Shown here in pieces: positions 25,631 to 40,972 of a stretch of 64,000 nucleotides of DNA (within the stretch, counting starts at the first letter, position 1; every line of letters starts with the position of its first letter). Origin of the DNA: Octopus vulgaris. Its lineage: Eukaryota. A program made the position numbers and the translations under genes. The stretch is from contig OX597814.1 in assembly GCA_951406725.2 (NCBI GenBank), positions 23,312,001 through 23,376,000 on the forward strand, written 5' to 3'. The notes under the pieces are model-generated. The model was not told the origin of the DNA and made no database searches. It worked only from the letters and a program-made list of their open reading frames with translations.

Positions 25631-25912
25631 AGAAAACTGTGAGTACTTATAGGAAATAAAAATTCTTCAAAACTCTCTGTTTAAATCTTGTATTGACACA
25701 AATCATTAATAATCAATCAATATTTTTTTTTGATAAATCATTCTTCTTACTTTCATCATTATCTTTTAGATAATGATTGGTAGAATTGTCAAACCAGAGA
25801 ACAACTTTGTTTCCAATCCCCTCAGGGTCGATAAAATAAAATACCAGTCTAGAACTGTGTTCAGCATAACCAGCTTACCACTCCTCCTAAACTTTTGGCC
25901 TTGTGCTATTGT

Positions 25913-27180
25913 TATCAGGTCCTTAAGAATGAAATGTCTGATTTTCTTATGCACCAAGTTCGACAGTCGTTAACTCTAATGTTTTATCTTGACAATTCTT
26001 TGTTTTACAACGTCAAGAGTTACATCATCTCTTTTCGAAATGCAATTCATGGTGTCTGATTATATTGTGAACTTTCTCTTGTAAATCAACTTTTGTGAAC
26101 CCATGGATAGATCAGAAATTCGTCTTGTTTATGAGTATGAGTTCTATTGTGGAACCAATGCATCCCAGACAGCTTAAAACATCAATGAGATATTTGGTGA
26201 AGATGTGGCAAGTGAGCACACTTTACATCGATGGTTTAAGAAGTTCCAGTCTGGTGACTTTACTCTTGAAAATCAGCCCCATTGTAGATCTGAGACCAAG
26301 ATGGATAATGATGAGCTGGAAACTGGAGTGGAAGTAGATACATCTCAAACTATGCATGAGTTAGCAGCAGGGTTTGATATTTTGATTCCAACTGTATTGG
26401 ACTATCTGATACAAATCGGTAAGGTAAAGAAGCTGGACAAATGGATACCACATGAGCTCAATGAGCATCAAATGATATGTTGTCTTGAAACTTGATGTTC
26501 TTTGTTGTCACAGCATAAAAGTGAACCATATTTGCATGATATTGTTAAGTGTGATGAAAAATGGATTCTTTTCAACAAAAGCAAGTGTTCTGAACAGTAG
26601 TTAAAAAGAGACGAAGTGTGCCAAAACACAATCCAAAAAAGAATATTCACCAAAACAAGCTAATGATATCTGTTTGGTGGTCTAGTGTTGGTGTCCTCCA
26701 CTGCAGTTTCATGACACCTGGTAAGTCAATTACAACAGATGTATACATCAACCAATTGGATGAAATGAATGAACTTGCAATTAAAAAATTGAGTCAGCAG
26801 AGACAGACCAATTCTCTTGCAAGACAATGCTTGACCCCATGTTGCACAAAGAACGCTAATCAAGTTACAGGAACTGAACTTGGAAATACTCTGTCATCCA
26901 CCATATTCACCAGACCTTGCACTAACTGACTATCATGTTTCCCAGGCATTAGACAACTTTTGTAAGGAAAAAACTTCAAATCTGAAGAAGATGCAAAAAC
27001 AGCCTTTCGTGATTTCATCAGAATTCTTCGGTGCCAATATAAATACACTACGTGATAAAATGGCAAAATTGTGTTGATAATTTAGGTGCATACTTTGATT
27101 AACTGCATTGCTTTTTGTTGAGATAAAGTAAAATAAACTTTCAGTTCAAAATCAAGCATTTAACTCTTAATGACCTGATA
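25913..27180 (+). mobile_element. Full-length decayed mariner transposon (Hsmar1/cecropia-like motifs)
   Basis: TA-tcaggtccttaag...cttaatgacctga-TA TIRs. MDRSEIRLVYEYEF, WIPHEL, DEKWI and HPPYSPDLALTDY motifs; frameshifts. Confidence 0.93.
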
Positions 27181-27684
27181 GAAATAGTTTAAGGGTGGTG
27201 AGTCAGCAAAATTGCTAGAATGTTGGGAAAATTGTCTTAAAGTATTTGGTCGAGTCCTTTACATTCTGAGTTGAAATCCTGTCAAGATTACTTTTCCTAT
27301 TACCTTCTGAAATCAATAAAATCCCAGTCAAGTACTAGATTTAATTTAATAGATTTATCTCCTCCACCAAAATTTCAAACCTATGTTATTATCGTTTTCT
27401 GTAATCATTGCCCATATCGTGGGCATGTTAGGAGGAATAGGAAGGAACCACACTATTCTGGAATGCTGTCACTTCTGCAGCTGTCTTATGGCAGTCATTG
27501 GGGCTGAGGAAGCTTTTGTTGAATGATTTGTTTCTTTGATCTATTTAGTTTTACATCAAGGCTTTTTTCTGGGATTTGTTTTATCAATAGTCTGGTGCAC
27601 TATGTATACATGTGTGCATATTTACTTATACACACACACATATATATACATGTCCATCCATATATACATGTGTGTATATATATA

Positions 27685-28011
27685 TATATAAATTAGAAAA
27701 AAACACCTTTTATCAATTCAATAATGAAACATCAAATTATACCATTTAGAAAAATTACATATATATAGAAAGATGTATATCTATATTACTAAATATATAC
27801 GTTTTATTTATTATTTTGCACATTTCTTAATCATTGTTATATGTTTTATCTTATATTTAATCTTTCTATATATTTAAAAAAATTTTTATCTAGTCTCAGC
27901 TCACGAGCTGTGGCCATGTTGGGGCACTGCCATTCAAATATGTAATTTTTCTAAATGGTATAATTCAAGTTTTTATTATTGAATTGATAAAAGGTGTTTT
28001 TTTTCCTAATT

Positions 28012-28018
<7 letters not shown>
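27685..28018. repeat. Inverted repeat (~78-bp arms) enclosing a SINE/LINE-type tail
   Basis: aaattagaaaaaaacaccttttatcaattcaataat...aaattacata versus tatgtaatttt...attattgaattgataaaaggtg...ctaattt. Confidence 0.85.
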
Positions 28019-28043
<25 letters not shown>

Positions 28044-28121
28044 ATATTTTGTGAAATTTGATTTAGTATTTCTAAATTTTTCCCTGTAAGTGTGAAATAA
28101 TATTCCCTCATATTATTATAT

Positions 28122-28153
<32 letters not shown>

Positions 28154-28369
28154 GTAGTGATCAAATGTATGTGCTATACACTAGCTCCCCCACCCCATCA
28201 AAGTGACTTTGCTTGAACAGGTGCATGCATGGTGTATCACACATCAGGAGTCTATGTGACCACAGAACAGAATGAGATGAAGTGTTTTGCTCAAAAAGCA
28301 CAACACACACTACTAGTCTAGAAACTGAAACTACAAACTTGTACCCTCATGCTCACGCACACACACACA

Positions 28370-28409
<40 letters not shown>

Positions 28410-29304
28410 TATATGTCAAAAGATCCAAATGATTAGCATTTGGCTGTGCTCAAGAAGACATGCCCTTTAAACAAAAATGATAACCTGAAATAATTTGGTT
28501 AGGCATGTACACGTGAGGTCCTCTACCTTTCCCCTGTAACCTATTGTGACATGTTAAGCATCCTCCCCACCTATTTTTCATCCCTCTCCCATCTGTAGAA
28601 CAATGTGGCTGATACGTTCACCTCAAAGAAGAATCAGCACATATTACATCCCATCCCAAACCGTTTCTCATTCTGGAATTACTTCCATTCCTCATCATCC
28701 CTGCCAACACTACTTTAGCCAATTACCTCCTTTCAATGCCTTCAGCATCTTCCCTCTCTCTCTCTCCCCTCTGCTATATACCATTCTAAACACTTTCTAT
28801 TATCGGCTTTCTATCATTCTCAATATGATCCATATCTACCATCATGACACATCTTACATATTTCCATATCTTCTCTATTGCTTCTATATTTTGCACATCT
28901 TCCAAATACTTTCTGCTCTATTCTCTTTCCAGAGCCTCTCCTATTTCGCTCACCTTACCCCTATACATACTGATATTTCCCATCATCTGCACCCTACCCT
29001 AGTTTATTACTCACTCCATTAACCTCTGGTCCACCTGCTTACTCCCCCATCAGGCGCTTTTGAAAGCATCTGCTATCTCATCCCCTCTGTTCTCTCTTAT
29101 GCTCAATTTTTTTGTTGTTTGTGGGTTTGATTTAGCGCCCTATCACTACCTTCCTCTTATCTCTCTCTGTCATATATCTCTTCTGTAGGTAAACACTTGT
29201 GCTTGTCCCTTAATCATACTTTAGCCTTTTGACACCTGACATGAATCCCCTCACCTCCACCTTCTGTTTTCATATTAGTATTGAGAGCTTTTTTCTCTCT
29301 TTCC

Positions 29305-29343
<39 letters not shown>

Positions 29344-29344
29344 A

Positions 29345-29822
29345 ACATGTGAAACGAAGTAATGAGTAAAGATTTTCAGATACTGGCCCTCACTGAGGAA
29401 ATGACAAGGGACTGGGAAATGTGGCAATTTGCTGTACTTGATGAGATGCATCAACCTAAGTAAAATCGCTGTCTTCCATACATGCAGGCTTGTCCCTTCA
29501 GGTACCAGTGTCCCATAAAAAGCACCTGTGTCAGTGCTGCATAAATGCACTTGTGCCAGTGTTGTGTAAACGCACCTGTGCTGGTGCTGCACAAATGCAC
29601 CCATGCCAGTAGCACATAGAAAGCACACAGCACACTCTGTTAAGTTGTTGGCATTAGGAAGGGCATCAAACCATAGAAACCATGTCACAACAGACAACTG
29701 GAGTCTGGACAGCTTCCAGCTAACCAGCTCCATATCAAACCGTCTGACTCATGGAAAGCGGATGATGTTAATGAGGATGATGATGACGACGACGACGATG
29801 ACAATGATGATGATGATGATGT
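29345..29822 (+). mobile_element. Decayed RTE 3' end and tail repeat
   Basis: ggccctcactgaggaaatgacaagggactggg coding end, gttggcattaggaagggcatc and (gat)n. Confidence 0.7.
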
Positions 29823-30033
29823 GGGATGAAGATAATGACATGCAATTAAATGCTTGAAAATTTTGAGCCCACAAAATCTCCAGAAGCAGAATACAAAAGA
29901 CCTGGAGTGATTGTGACTCCAGAATCACAGGCGGTGCCTCACATGGAGTAAATATGTGTAATGATGCATCTTTTCTTTCTCTCATTACTAAAATAGCAAC
30001 AAATTGCAAAAGGCTGGCAAGATGGATTCTTGA

Positions 30034-30265
30034 AGGCAGTGAGCTGGCAGAAACGTTAGCACACTGGGCGAAATGCTTAGCGGTATTTCGTCTGCCGTTA
30101 TGTTCTGAGTTCAAATTCTGCTGAGGTTGACTTTGCCTTTCATCCTTTCAGGGTCGATAAATTAAGTACCAGTTATGCACTGGGGTTGGTGTAATCGACT
30201 TAATCCCTTTGTCTGTCCTTGTTTATCCCCTCTATGTTTAGCCCCTTGTGGGCAATAAAGAAACA
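30034..30265 (+). mobile_element. SINE family B copy
   Basis: ggcagtgagctggcagaaacgttagc head, gagttcaaattc B-box-like motif; multicopy in the window. Confidence 0.88.
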
Positions 30266-30968
30266 AGATGGATTCTTGAAGAATTTGTAGCAAGCATGTT
30301 TGCTCTTTCCCTTTAGGTACCCACATTTTGCCTCTTTATCGTTAGGCACCCATTTTGTTGTCTCATTATGTGATGGTCAAGTCTATCTAGCTGTCCACCC
30401 CTTAATGTGATAGACTAGTCAAGCACACCAGCATCAGCTTCAGCTAAATTGGCGGAAGCTTTTCCCACTAATTCCTCAATTAGATGGGTATCCACAAGTC
30501 AGTTCAGATCTTCAGCAGGAGAGCAGTTTTATTCCGCTTTGCAGATTCAGTGAGGAGAGAATTGTCAAATTTCCTTGTCACTATATTTTGATTTTTACCC
30601 ATATACGTTTATCTTCAAGAAGTTTTGTGAACCTATGTATTTAAATAAACAGAATTATCCATGTATACCAGTTGTCAAATTTTCTTTTAGTGGTGAAATA
30701 ATGTGGCAGTCAACTTTAACTTGTTTTTGTATTTCTTGGTGTTCTTTATTATGGCTCTTATTAACCCAGAAGACTGATATTACCAAGGCCTTTGCCACTT
30801 GCACCTTTCACCACCTTGCTAACAATTGAATTTGAGAGAGTAGAAACCATTGACTCCAGCCATCTTGAATACTACTTACAACTTTTGTCATCAAATGATT
30901 AAATCTAATGGAAGAATTAAAAGCCATCCAATGATACTTCATGAAGATCACCTCTGTGCAAATATCGT

Positions 30969-31190
30969 ATTTCTTTATTGCCTACAAGGGGCTAAACATA
31001 GAGGGGACAAACAAGGACAGACAAAGTGATTAAGTCGATTACATCAACCCCAGTGCGTAACTGGTACTTAATTTATCGACCCAGAAAGGTTGAAAGGCAA
31101 AGTCGACTTCGGCGGAATTTGAACTCAGAATGTAATGGTAGACGAAATGCTGATAAGCATTTTGTCTGAAGCACTAACATTTCTGCCTAG
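30969..31190 (-). mobile_element. SINE family B copy
   Basis: Reverse complement of 30034-30265. Confidence 0.88.
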
Positions 31191-32103
31191 CAACTGAAGG
31201 TAAGTGAAGTGTTAAATTTTGCTCCCTGGCAAGAAAACAGGAATGTTATGCAGTGATTATATATAGAATATCCTTGAACGGTTATCCCTATGTTCTGGTA
31301 CTAAAAGCAATAACAATTCCTGAACCACTAAATTTAACCTGTCACTGACCTATGCTTATATACAATTTCCATTTGTCCCACATACATTTAGCTATCATAC
31401 ACAAAAGTTAAGCAATTTAGCCAAAATGACTTGGTTACATTCAACAAAGCTTCCAACAAAAAACAGTTGAAAGTGACCTGTCTATTATCTATCTCTGACC
31501 AGTACTTATATACAAATCTAACTTTCAGCTTTTATGTACAGGATGAAATTGAATCCTAGGAATAACAATAATTCCAATCACCACCCAAAGAGTTTCAAGA
31601 TAGCTTTAACAGTCAAACAAAAAAAAAACCATTTTACTATCCAAACCTATCTATCCCAACCTATAAATATATGCTTTCTGTCTCTCCCTTTCTATTGTTT
31701 CCCTTCACCTATTTAGACTACTACTTTCCTTAAAAACTCTTTCTTTCCATAAGCCCCATTAAACAGTCCTTAAAAATATTTCTTTATATACCACAAAAAT
31801 ACATTATTACACAGCACCTACTTTGCAGTTACATTATTCCTTCCACAAGATCAGCTTCAAATAAATATATATACGTATAAAACTTGAAAAAAACTGAAGT
31901 AATTTACAGTCCAATGAAGGCTGCATAACCGATCAAAGTAACTGTCAATCAACTTTTTTTCCTTGTAAGAATAAAATAAATATTTTATTTTACTGAAAGA
32001 TATTGAGTGATTGTTCAGTTTAATGTTTGACTATTTTTAGACATAACTATACTTAAAAACAAATATTAACTTTACATACATACATATATATACAGCTGTG
32101 TCA

Positions 32104-32138
<35 letters not shown>

Positions 32139-32194
32139 CGTATGTATGTATGGATGGATGTATACATTTATATATATATACATATATATATATT

Positions 32195-32665
32195 ATCATC
32201 ATCATCATCATCATTGTTTAACATCCGTTTTCCGTGCTAGCATGGGTTGGATGGTTCAACCGGGGTCTGGGAAGCCAGGAGGCTGCACCAGGCTCCAGTC
32301 TGATTTGGCAGTGTTTCTACAGCTGGATGCCCTTCCTAACGCCAACAACTCCATGAGTGTAGTGGGTGCTTTTTATGTGCCACCAGCACAGGTGCCAGGG
32401 GAGTCTGGCAGTGGCCATGATCAGTTGGTGCTTTTTACGTGCTACAGGCACGGAAGCCAGTCAAGGTGGCACTGGCATCAGCCACGTTTTGAGGGTACTT
32501 TTTATGTGCCACCGGCACAGGTATCACAACTACAATTTCAATTTGATATTTATTTTGATGTTGATGTACTTGACACAATAGGTCTCCTCAAGCACAGCAG
32601 GTCACCCTGCAATCCAAGGTAAGCACAGCAGGTCGTTCTGCAATCCAAGGTGCTTTGGATGGGCT
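32195..32665 (-). mobile_element. RTE 3'-UTR-derived repeat
   Basis: Same family as 14165-14495. Confidence 0.85.
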
Positions 32666-32715
32666 GATATATATTCATACATACATACACATACATGCAC
32701 ATACATGCACATACA

Positions 32716-32750
<35 letters not shown>

Positions 32751-32827
32751 ACACACACATACACACACATATACACATATGAAGTATGTCTAAAAATAAT
32801 CAAACTTTAAACTGAATGATCACTCAA

Positions 32828-33220
32828 CAGGCACAGACATGGCTGTGGGGAAAGAAGCTTACTTCCCAAATATATGGTCTTAGGTTCAGTCCCACTAGGT
32901 GGCACGTTGGGCAAGTGTCTTCTACTATAGCCTCAAACCAGCCAAAGCTTTGCGAGTAGATCTGATTGACAGAAACAGAAAGAATCCCACCATATATGTG
33001 TGTGTGTGTGTGTTGTGTATACATCTCTGTATCTGTGTGTCCTTGCATTTGTCCATCACCACCTGTTGTCAACCAATGTTGGCTTGCTTACATCCCAGTT
33101 ACACCAACAAAATAAGTAACTGGCTTAAAAGTACATAGTAGAGTCAATTCGTTTGACTAAACCCTTCAAGGCAGTGTTGCAGTTTGGCCAGTTAAATGAC
33201 TGGAACAAGTAAACAATAAA
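32828..33220 (+). mobile_element. SINE family A copy (old)
   Basis: ggttcagtcccact...gggcaagtgtcttctactatagcc...ggcagtgttgcagtttggcc. Confidence 0.75.
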
Positions 33221-33884
33221 CCCTCCCACACACACACACACACAATCACACAATCACATATGTAAATAAGATAAAACAGAGTAAACAAAAATTATATATT
33301 CGCATGATAAAATGTTGGCAAAGATGTTCATGTTAGAGTTCAGGTGAATTATAACATCTAGAAACTCATCTTACATCTCACATCAGTGTTCAATCTATAG
33401 AAAATCTATTTATACAATCATTCTTCTAATGGTTTGCTTTAATGGGGTCAAAATAGCTATAAGTGAGTGGTCAACCATTATGTCAAGTTTGTTATGATCA
33501 TTCAAAACCTTTGGTCACCAGACTAAGTTACATTGGGATTCTACATTTCTAGCATGGTGTTATTTGCGGCTTTAATTGTTTTTTTCTCCTTTCCTCTCTA
33601 CAGTTTTCTACTTTGAAAGGAAATCATGAATATGAATACTTTTAAAATAGTAAAGGATTATGTTAGTGGAATTTCAAATAAAATTGCAGGAACCCATCTG
33701 GTGCATACATTTTAAATGGACAATAAAATTTATTGTAAGGAAATTAACCATCTACAAAGTGATACATCATCAAAATATCCTTTTCAGAATTCCTGTGAAT
33801 TACAGCACACCTCGAGCCCCACTCAAAACCATACCTCAGCACTCAGGTTGTACAACTGTACAAATACTTGCAGATTATACATTT

Positions 33885-34195
33885 GTGGAGGCGCAATGGT
33901 CCAGTAGTTAGGGCAGCGGACTCACAGTCGTAGGATCGCAGTTTTGATTCCCAGACCGGGCATTGTGAATGTTTATTGAGCAATAACACCTAAAGCTCCA
34001 CGAGGCTCCAGCAGGGGCTTGTGGTGAACCCTGCTGTACTCTTTCCTCACAACTTTCTCTCACCCTTTCTTCCTGTTTCTGTTGTACCTGTATTTCAAAG
34101 GGCCAGCCTTGTCACACTCTGTGTCACGCTGAATCTCCCCGAGAACTACGTTAAAGGTACACATGTCTGTGGAGTGCTCAATCACTCACACGTTA
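33885..34195 (+). mobile_element. tRNA-derived SINE family C copy
   Basis: ggaggcgcaatggtccagtagttagggcagcggactc head; homologous to 46836-47215. Confidence 0.85.
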
Positions 34196-35184
34196 ATAAA
34201 TGAGCTGCAACATCACTGGTGCCAAGCTGTATCGACATTTGCCTTTCCCTTGGATAACATCAGTGGCATGGAGAAGGAAGGCTGGTATGCGTGGGCGACT
34301 GTTGGTCTTCCATAAACAACCTTGCCCAGACATGTGCCTCGGAGGGTAACTTTCTAGGTGCAATCCCATGGTCATTCATGACCGAAGGGGGTCACAATAC
34401 AACAATACATTTGTACATCTTTCTCTTATAATACACTTTAAAACTCTCTTAAATACCAGTGGAACATCATGTCAAGTGTTAGTATGGCATGCTGGTAAAT
34501 AAGCAAATTATATATTTTAAACTAATTAACTATCCAGCTTTCTCAAATTTTCACTAATTCACAATCTTCTTTGGCTTTCATGGTTTCTGATCTTAAGTGA
34601 TTGGAAGTGTTATCATGTACATGTCTTGTCTTGGTGTAAAAGATGGTCTACAACAATACCACAGATTTTCTTGTCAAATGCTTGACCATAACCAGTTGAG
34701 TATGTCTTTTAGTGGCTGACAATATGTATATTTCTGATCATGAGCAAGAGTAGTGAGGGAGTATTATAGCCAAGTGCTGAGAAGGATTCTTTGGGGTTCT
34801 GAATAATCCACCCTTGGAAACTTGAGTGTTTCATTAATCATCTTTAAGCAACCCTTATTCAGGTACCTTTTTGAGTAGGATGGGCTACTCGACATGAAGA
34901 AAATTCTAACTGGGCCCTAACTGCAAGGTCATGTGCTATCTATCATGATATGAGGTCACCATGTCGTGCACATGTGGTTGTGATGCCTGTTCCTGGCGTA
35001 CTTTTATCAGGTAGGTAGTCATGATGGGTATACTGGACTTTGTATATTTGTACCCCAGTGTCACTTCGATGGCACATGCTGCTCTCTCACTCCATTATAA
35101 TAATAATAATGATTATAATGATAATAATGATGAGGAGGAGGAGGAGGAAGAGGAGGATGATAAAGATAGTAGCCCTTTTATCAT

Positions 35185-35448
35185 TTATCTCTTACTTGTT
35201 TCCATCATTGGATGGTGGCCATGCTGGGGCACTGCCTTGAAGGGTTTTATATTATTGAATTGATTCTTGTTCTTACTTTCCAAGTCTGGTATCTACTTTA
35301 TTGGTTTCTTTTGCCAAACTCTAAGCTACAGGGATATAAACAAACCGATACCAGGTGTCAAGTGATGGCAGGGACAAACAGGCACAAACAAAAACATGTG
35401 TGTGCATGTGAGCACACATACACGCACATACACACACATGCACACACA

Positions 35449-35500
<52 letters not shown>

Positions 35501-35663
35501 ACTGGCATTCACACAGTTTCCACCAACCAAATTCATTCACAAAGCATTGGTAGGTCTGGAGATATAGTAGAATACACTTGCCAAAGGTGCCACACAGTGG
35601 GACTGAACCTTGAACCATATAGTTGGGAAGCAAACCTTTTAGCCACACAACTATGCCTGCACC
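35185..35663 (-). mobile_element. SINE family A copy (old)
   Basis: gtggccatgctggggcactgcc tail, central (CA)n and gtgggactgaacc head. Confidence 0.75.
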
Positions 35664-37521
35664 TAACAACAACAGCAAAAACAATATCACCAACAACAAT
35701 AATCATCATCATTATAATTATCATCATCATCTTTATTTAACACCTGTTTTCTATGCTGGCATGAATTAGGTGGTTTAAGAGGAGCTGGTAAGGCCAGTGC
35801 CCACATCAGGAACCATAGTCTGTTTTAACTTGTTTTCTACAGCTGGATGTCCTTCCTAACACCAATCAATTTACAGAGTGTAATAGGTGCACTTTACATG
35901 GCACTATCACTAGTGCTTTTTATGTGGCACCATCACTAACGCTTTTTATGCTGTACCAGCACCAGCGTTTTTTTTCGTGGCACCAGTATCAATGTTTTTA
36001 GGGTATCAGTTTGGTGGTTGTGATGGTGGTAGTGGTGGAGGAGGAGGAGGAAGAGAAAGAGGTTGATGGTAATAATAATGATATATGAGGGAAGTAACAT
36101 GGGAAATGGTAGAATGCCATGCAGTTATTGTTGCTGTATTTAGTAATGAACTTAAACATTTCACCCACATAAAGATCAATGATTAGTAGAATGAATAATA
36201 AATAATAAATGTGCCCTTTTAAAGCCTAGCCATGCTCATGGGCCCAGTTTCCCAGTTTCAATGGCGTATATGTTGCCTAGCTAGACAGGATGCCAGTCCA
36301 TCGCAGCGTTACTCATTTTGCCAGCTGAGTGGACTGGAGCAACATGAAATGAAGTGTTCTGCTCAAGAACACAATGCATCACCTGGTTCTGGAATCAAAA
36401 CCACAATCTTAATCTCATGATGCTGACACCCTAACCACTAAACCACGTGCCTCCACGATAGAATGAATACCAGTAATATACTATTGTCTTTTCAACTGAC
36501 CATTCTTCTCCCCTCCTATCATTTGGTATGTTAGAAATCAGGAATAATAACAGTTCTAGTGATGTGTATTTCTACTTTAGCTGCTCATAACGAACCTTAG
36601 AACAGAGCAGTGTAAGTTAGCAAAATCTTTGCCAGTTATAAAGTGCCATTGCTTATAGATAGTAAGTTGTATGCAGTCAAAAAGTTTTTGCCGTTAAATG
36701 AGATAAGTCAGTTTCAATCTCTCATCTTCCCTCCTCACCCTGTTTCTCTTTACCTTTCTTCACTCTTCTCTCTCCTCTCTATATCCCTCTCACTTTCACA
36801 GTCAGTGCACATATGTGTGTTTATATAGATGTTTGTATATACCTTAATAAATCAATGGCTCATTAATACATGTTTGGTAGGGGTTAAATCTCGTTCAGAT
36901 TTTTGTGACATCTATTTAATAATGTTGGATATGGCCAGCCCATCCCGTGCAAAGAATCAATAACGTTTCTTAAGGGTTATGTAGATGGGCACGTCAAAAG
37001 ACCAGCTGTAACTTATTGATAATAAAGACCACTCTCGCTCACTCTGACCCTTCCCCTCTCTTTCTTTTCCTCATTTTCTTGCTCCCTTTCACTCTCTATC
37101 TAATATCCCTTTCTCATAGTAATGCTTTCTGATACGCAACTGTAAATACCACTACCATTATATAACCACCAAAATCATCACTACTGCATTAAACTATACA
37201 CATAATTGCTATAATTTATTCATAGTAGACATTGCATGGAAAATTTTGCTATAACTGGAGGTCTCCTAAGCATGTGCCTGTGTGCATATGTGCATATATG
37301 TGAGTGCAACTGTGTGTATGTGCGTGTGCATGTGTGTATCATCATCATCATCATGATCTGGTCAAGTTTATTCAGATTTGCATGACATTAATACTCTATA
37401 CGTTTCCATCTTCAGTGCCATGTGTGAGTTCTTAGAGATGTCCAGTAGCATTTGATTGGGTGACCAATGCAACTATCATATAGCTTAATATATATATGTA
37501 TATATATAAATATATATATAT

Positions 37522-37918
37522 ACTCTTTTACTCTTTTACTTGTTTCAGTCATTTGACTGCGGCCATGCTGGAGCACCACCTTTAGTCGAGCAAATCGACC
37601 CCGGAACTTATTCTTTGTAAGCCCAGTACTTATTCTATCAGTCTCTTTTGCCGAACCGCTAAGTGACGGGGATGTAAACACACCAGCATCGGTTGTCAAG
37701 CAATGGTAGGGGGACAAACACACAAACATACACACATATATATATATATATATATACATATATACGACAGGCTTCTTTCAGTTTCCGTCTACCAAATCCA
37801 CTCACAAGGCATTGGTCGGCCCAGGGCTATAGCAGAAGACACTTGCCCAAGATGCCACACAATGGGACTGAACCCGGAACCATGTGGTTGGTAAGCAAGC
37901 TACTTACCACACAGCCAC
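37522..37918 (-). mobile_element. SINE family A copy (young)
   Basis: Reverse complement of 19810-20228. Confidence 0.92.
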
Positions 37919-37977
37919 ATGTATGTATGTATGTATGCACGTACGTATGTATGTATGTATGTATGTATGTATGTATG

Positions 37978-38033
<56 letters not shown>

Positions 38034-38747
38034 TGTACATTTATATTATATATGTATCATATGTATTTACATATATTATATATATAATAGCTGGCCCTGT
38101 GCCATCAAAAATGCCGTAAAAAATGACAGCTAATTGTAGTATTTTATACATAAAATGGGTACAAAATAGAGATAAAACATCAAAAGCACTTCAACTTTGT
38201 GTGAATATGTGTACGTGTGTGTGTGTGTGTGTGCATATGTATACATTTATACACAGCCCCTTCCTTCCTTTTTAAGTGTGTCTGTTTATATATATATATA
38301 TGTATGCATAAATGAGTGTGTGACTGTAATTGTATTTTCTATGAATCTCTCTCAATAAGCATACACAAACACATATACACTCACTCAAATATTATATATA
38401 AATATATTTTATGCAAACATACATATACACACAAACACAAACATTCACATACCTCCCTTTTACACACACACACACATACACACATATACTCACACTGGGT
38501 TGAAGAATTGTTTGATTTTGTTTTCACCATTGAATTTTCACCATCCCACTTTCATTGGTGGATACATACATATATTTTACACAAACACATATACACACAG
38601 GTAAACAAACATAATCCTAACAATCAATGTGTGTAGCCAATTTGCTATACTCAGAGATGCTGTTCAGTTTGACTTCAGCCCTTCCTTTGTCAGTCATCTC
38701 TTGTGTTGGACAAAAACAGAAGAGAATTATATATTAGTGGATTATAT

Positions 38748-40150
<1,403 letters not shown>

Positions 40151-40539
40151 TGAATGTCTGAAAAGGCAGAATTGTCACGTACTTTGCTATATTTTGATAT
40201 TTTTTCATCTTCCCTTCCGTCTTTCCGCTTAAATTTCTGCTCTCCTCACTCTCACTTTATTGTCTTGCATGTATCTCTTTCTATCACTATGTCAATCTCA
40301 CTCTCATTTTCTCTCCTTCTCTCTTCCTTTACATCTGTCACTTTTTGAGTCCCTTTCCTTAGCATTACATAAAAGATCTTCAATATTCTTCCGAAATACC
40401 TGAGAGACCTGCTCAGTGTGGATATAAATGTCTTTAAAACAAAACTGGATCTCTTCCTGTCAAGGGTTCCAAATGAGCTTAGGTTGCCTATGTATAAGAC
40501 CTTTCAGGGTTCCATCGACAAGTGTATGTGGTTGGTTGC

Positions 40540-40570
<31 letters not shown>

Positions 40571-40581
40571 GTATGTATGTG

Positions 40582-40664
<83 letters not shown>

Positions 40665-40924
40665 CGCAGAGAGATATTGTTGTCAAGAAGACTCAAAGGT
40701 GTCAGGTAATACTAAGTGCTATGGACAGACCACAGTTAAGCTCCTGGTTCGATAATGATATGAAATGAGGAGTCCAACGTGGGTCATATATTAGCATGAA
40801 TATATATAATAATTAACAGAATAAGATAAAAAAGTCCAAGGCAGGGAATAGTTTACAGAACATTTATAAAGAGAAGGTTTTACGGCTTTCTCTGGGATAT
40901 ATTATATATATCTTCATCCGCACC

Positions 40925-40972
40925 GTTTCTGATGAAAGGATATACAAAATATCCCGGAAACAGCTGTAAGAC
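40925..40972 (+). ncRNA. Minimal hammerhead motif with palindromic ACAGCUGU helix III
   Basis: GTTT-CTGATGA-AA-GGATAT-ACAAA-ATATCC-CG-GAA-ACAGCTGT-A-AGAC. Lies in the inverted pair 40808-41040, homologous to 38838-38960. Confidence 0.72.
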
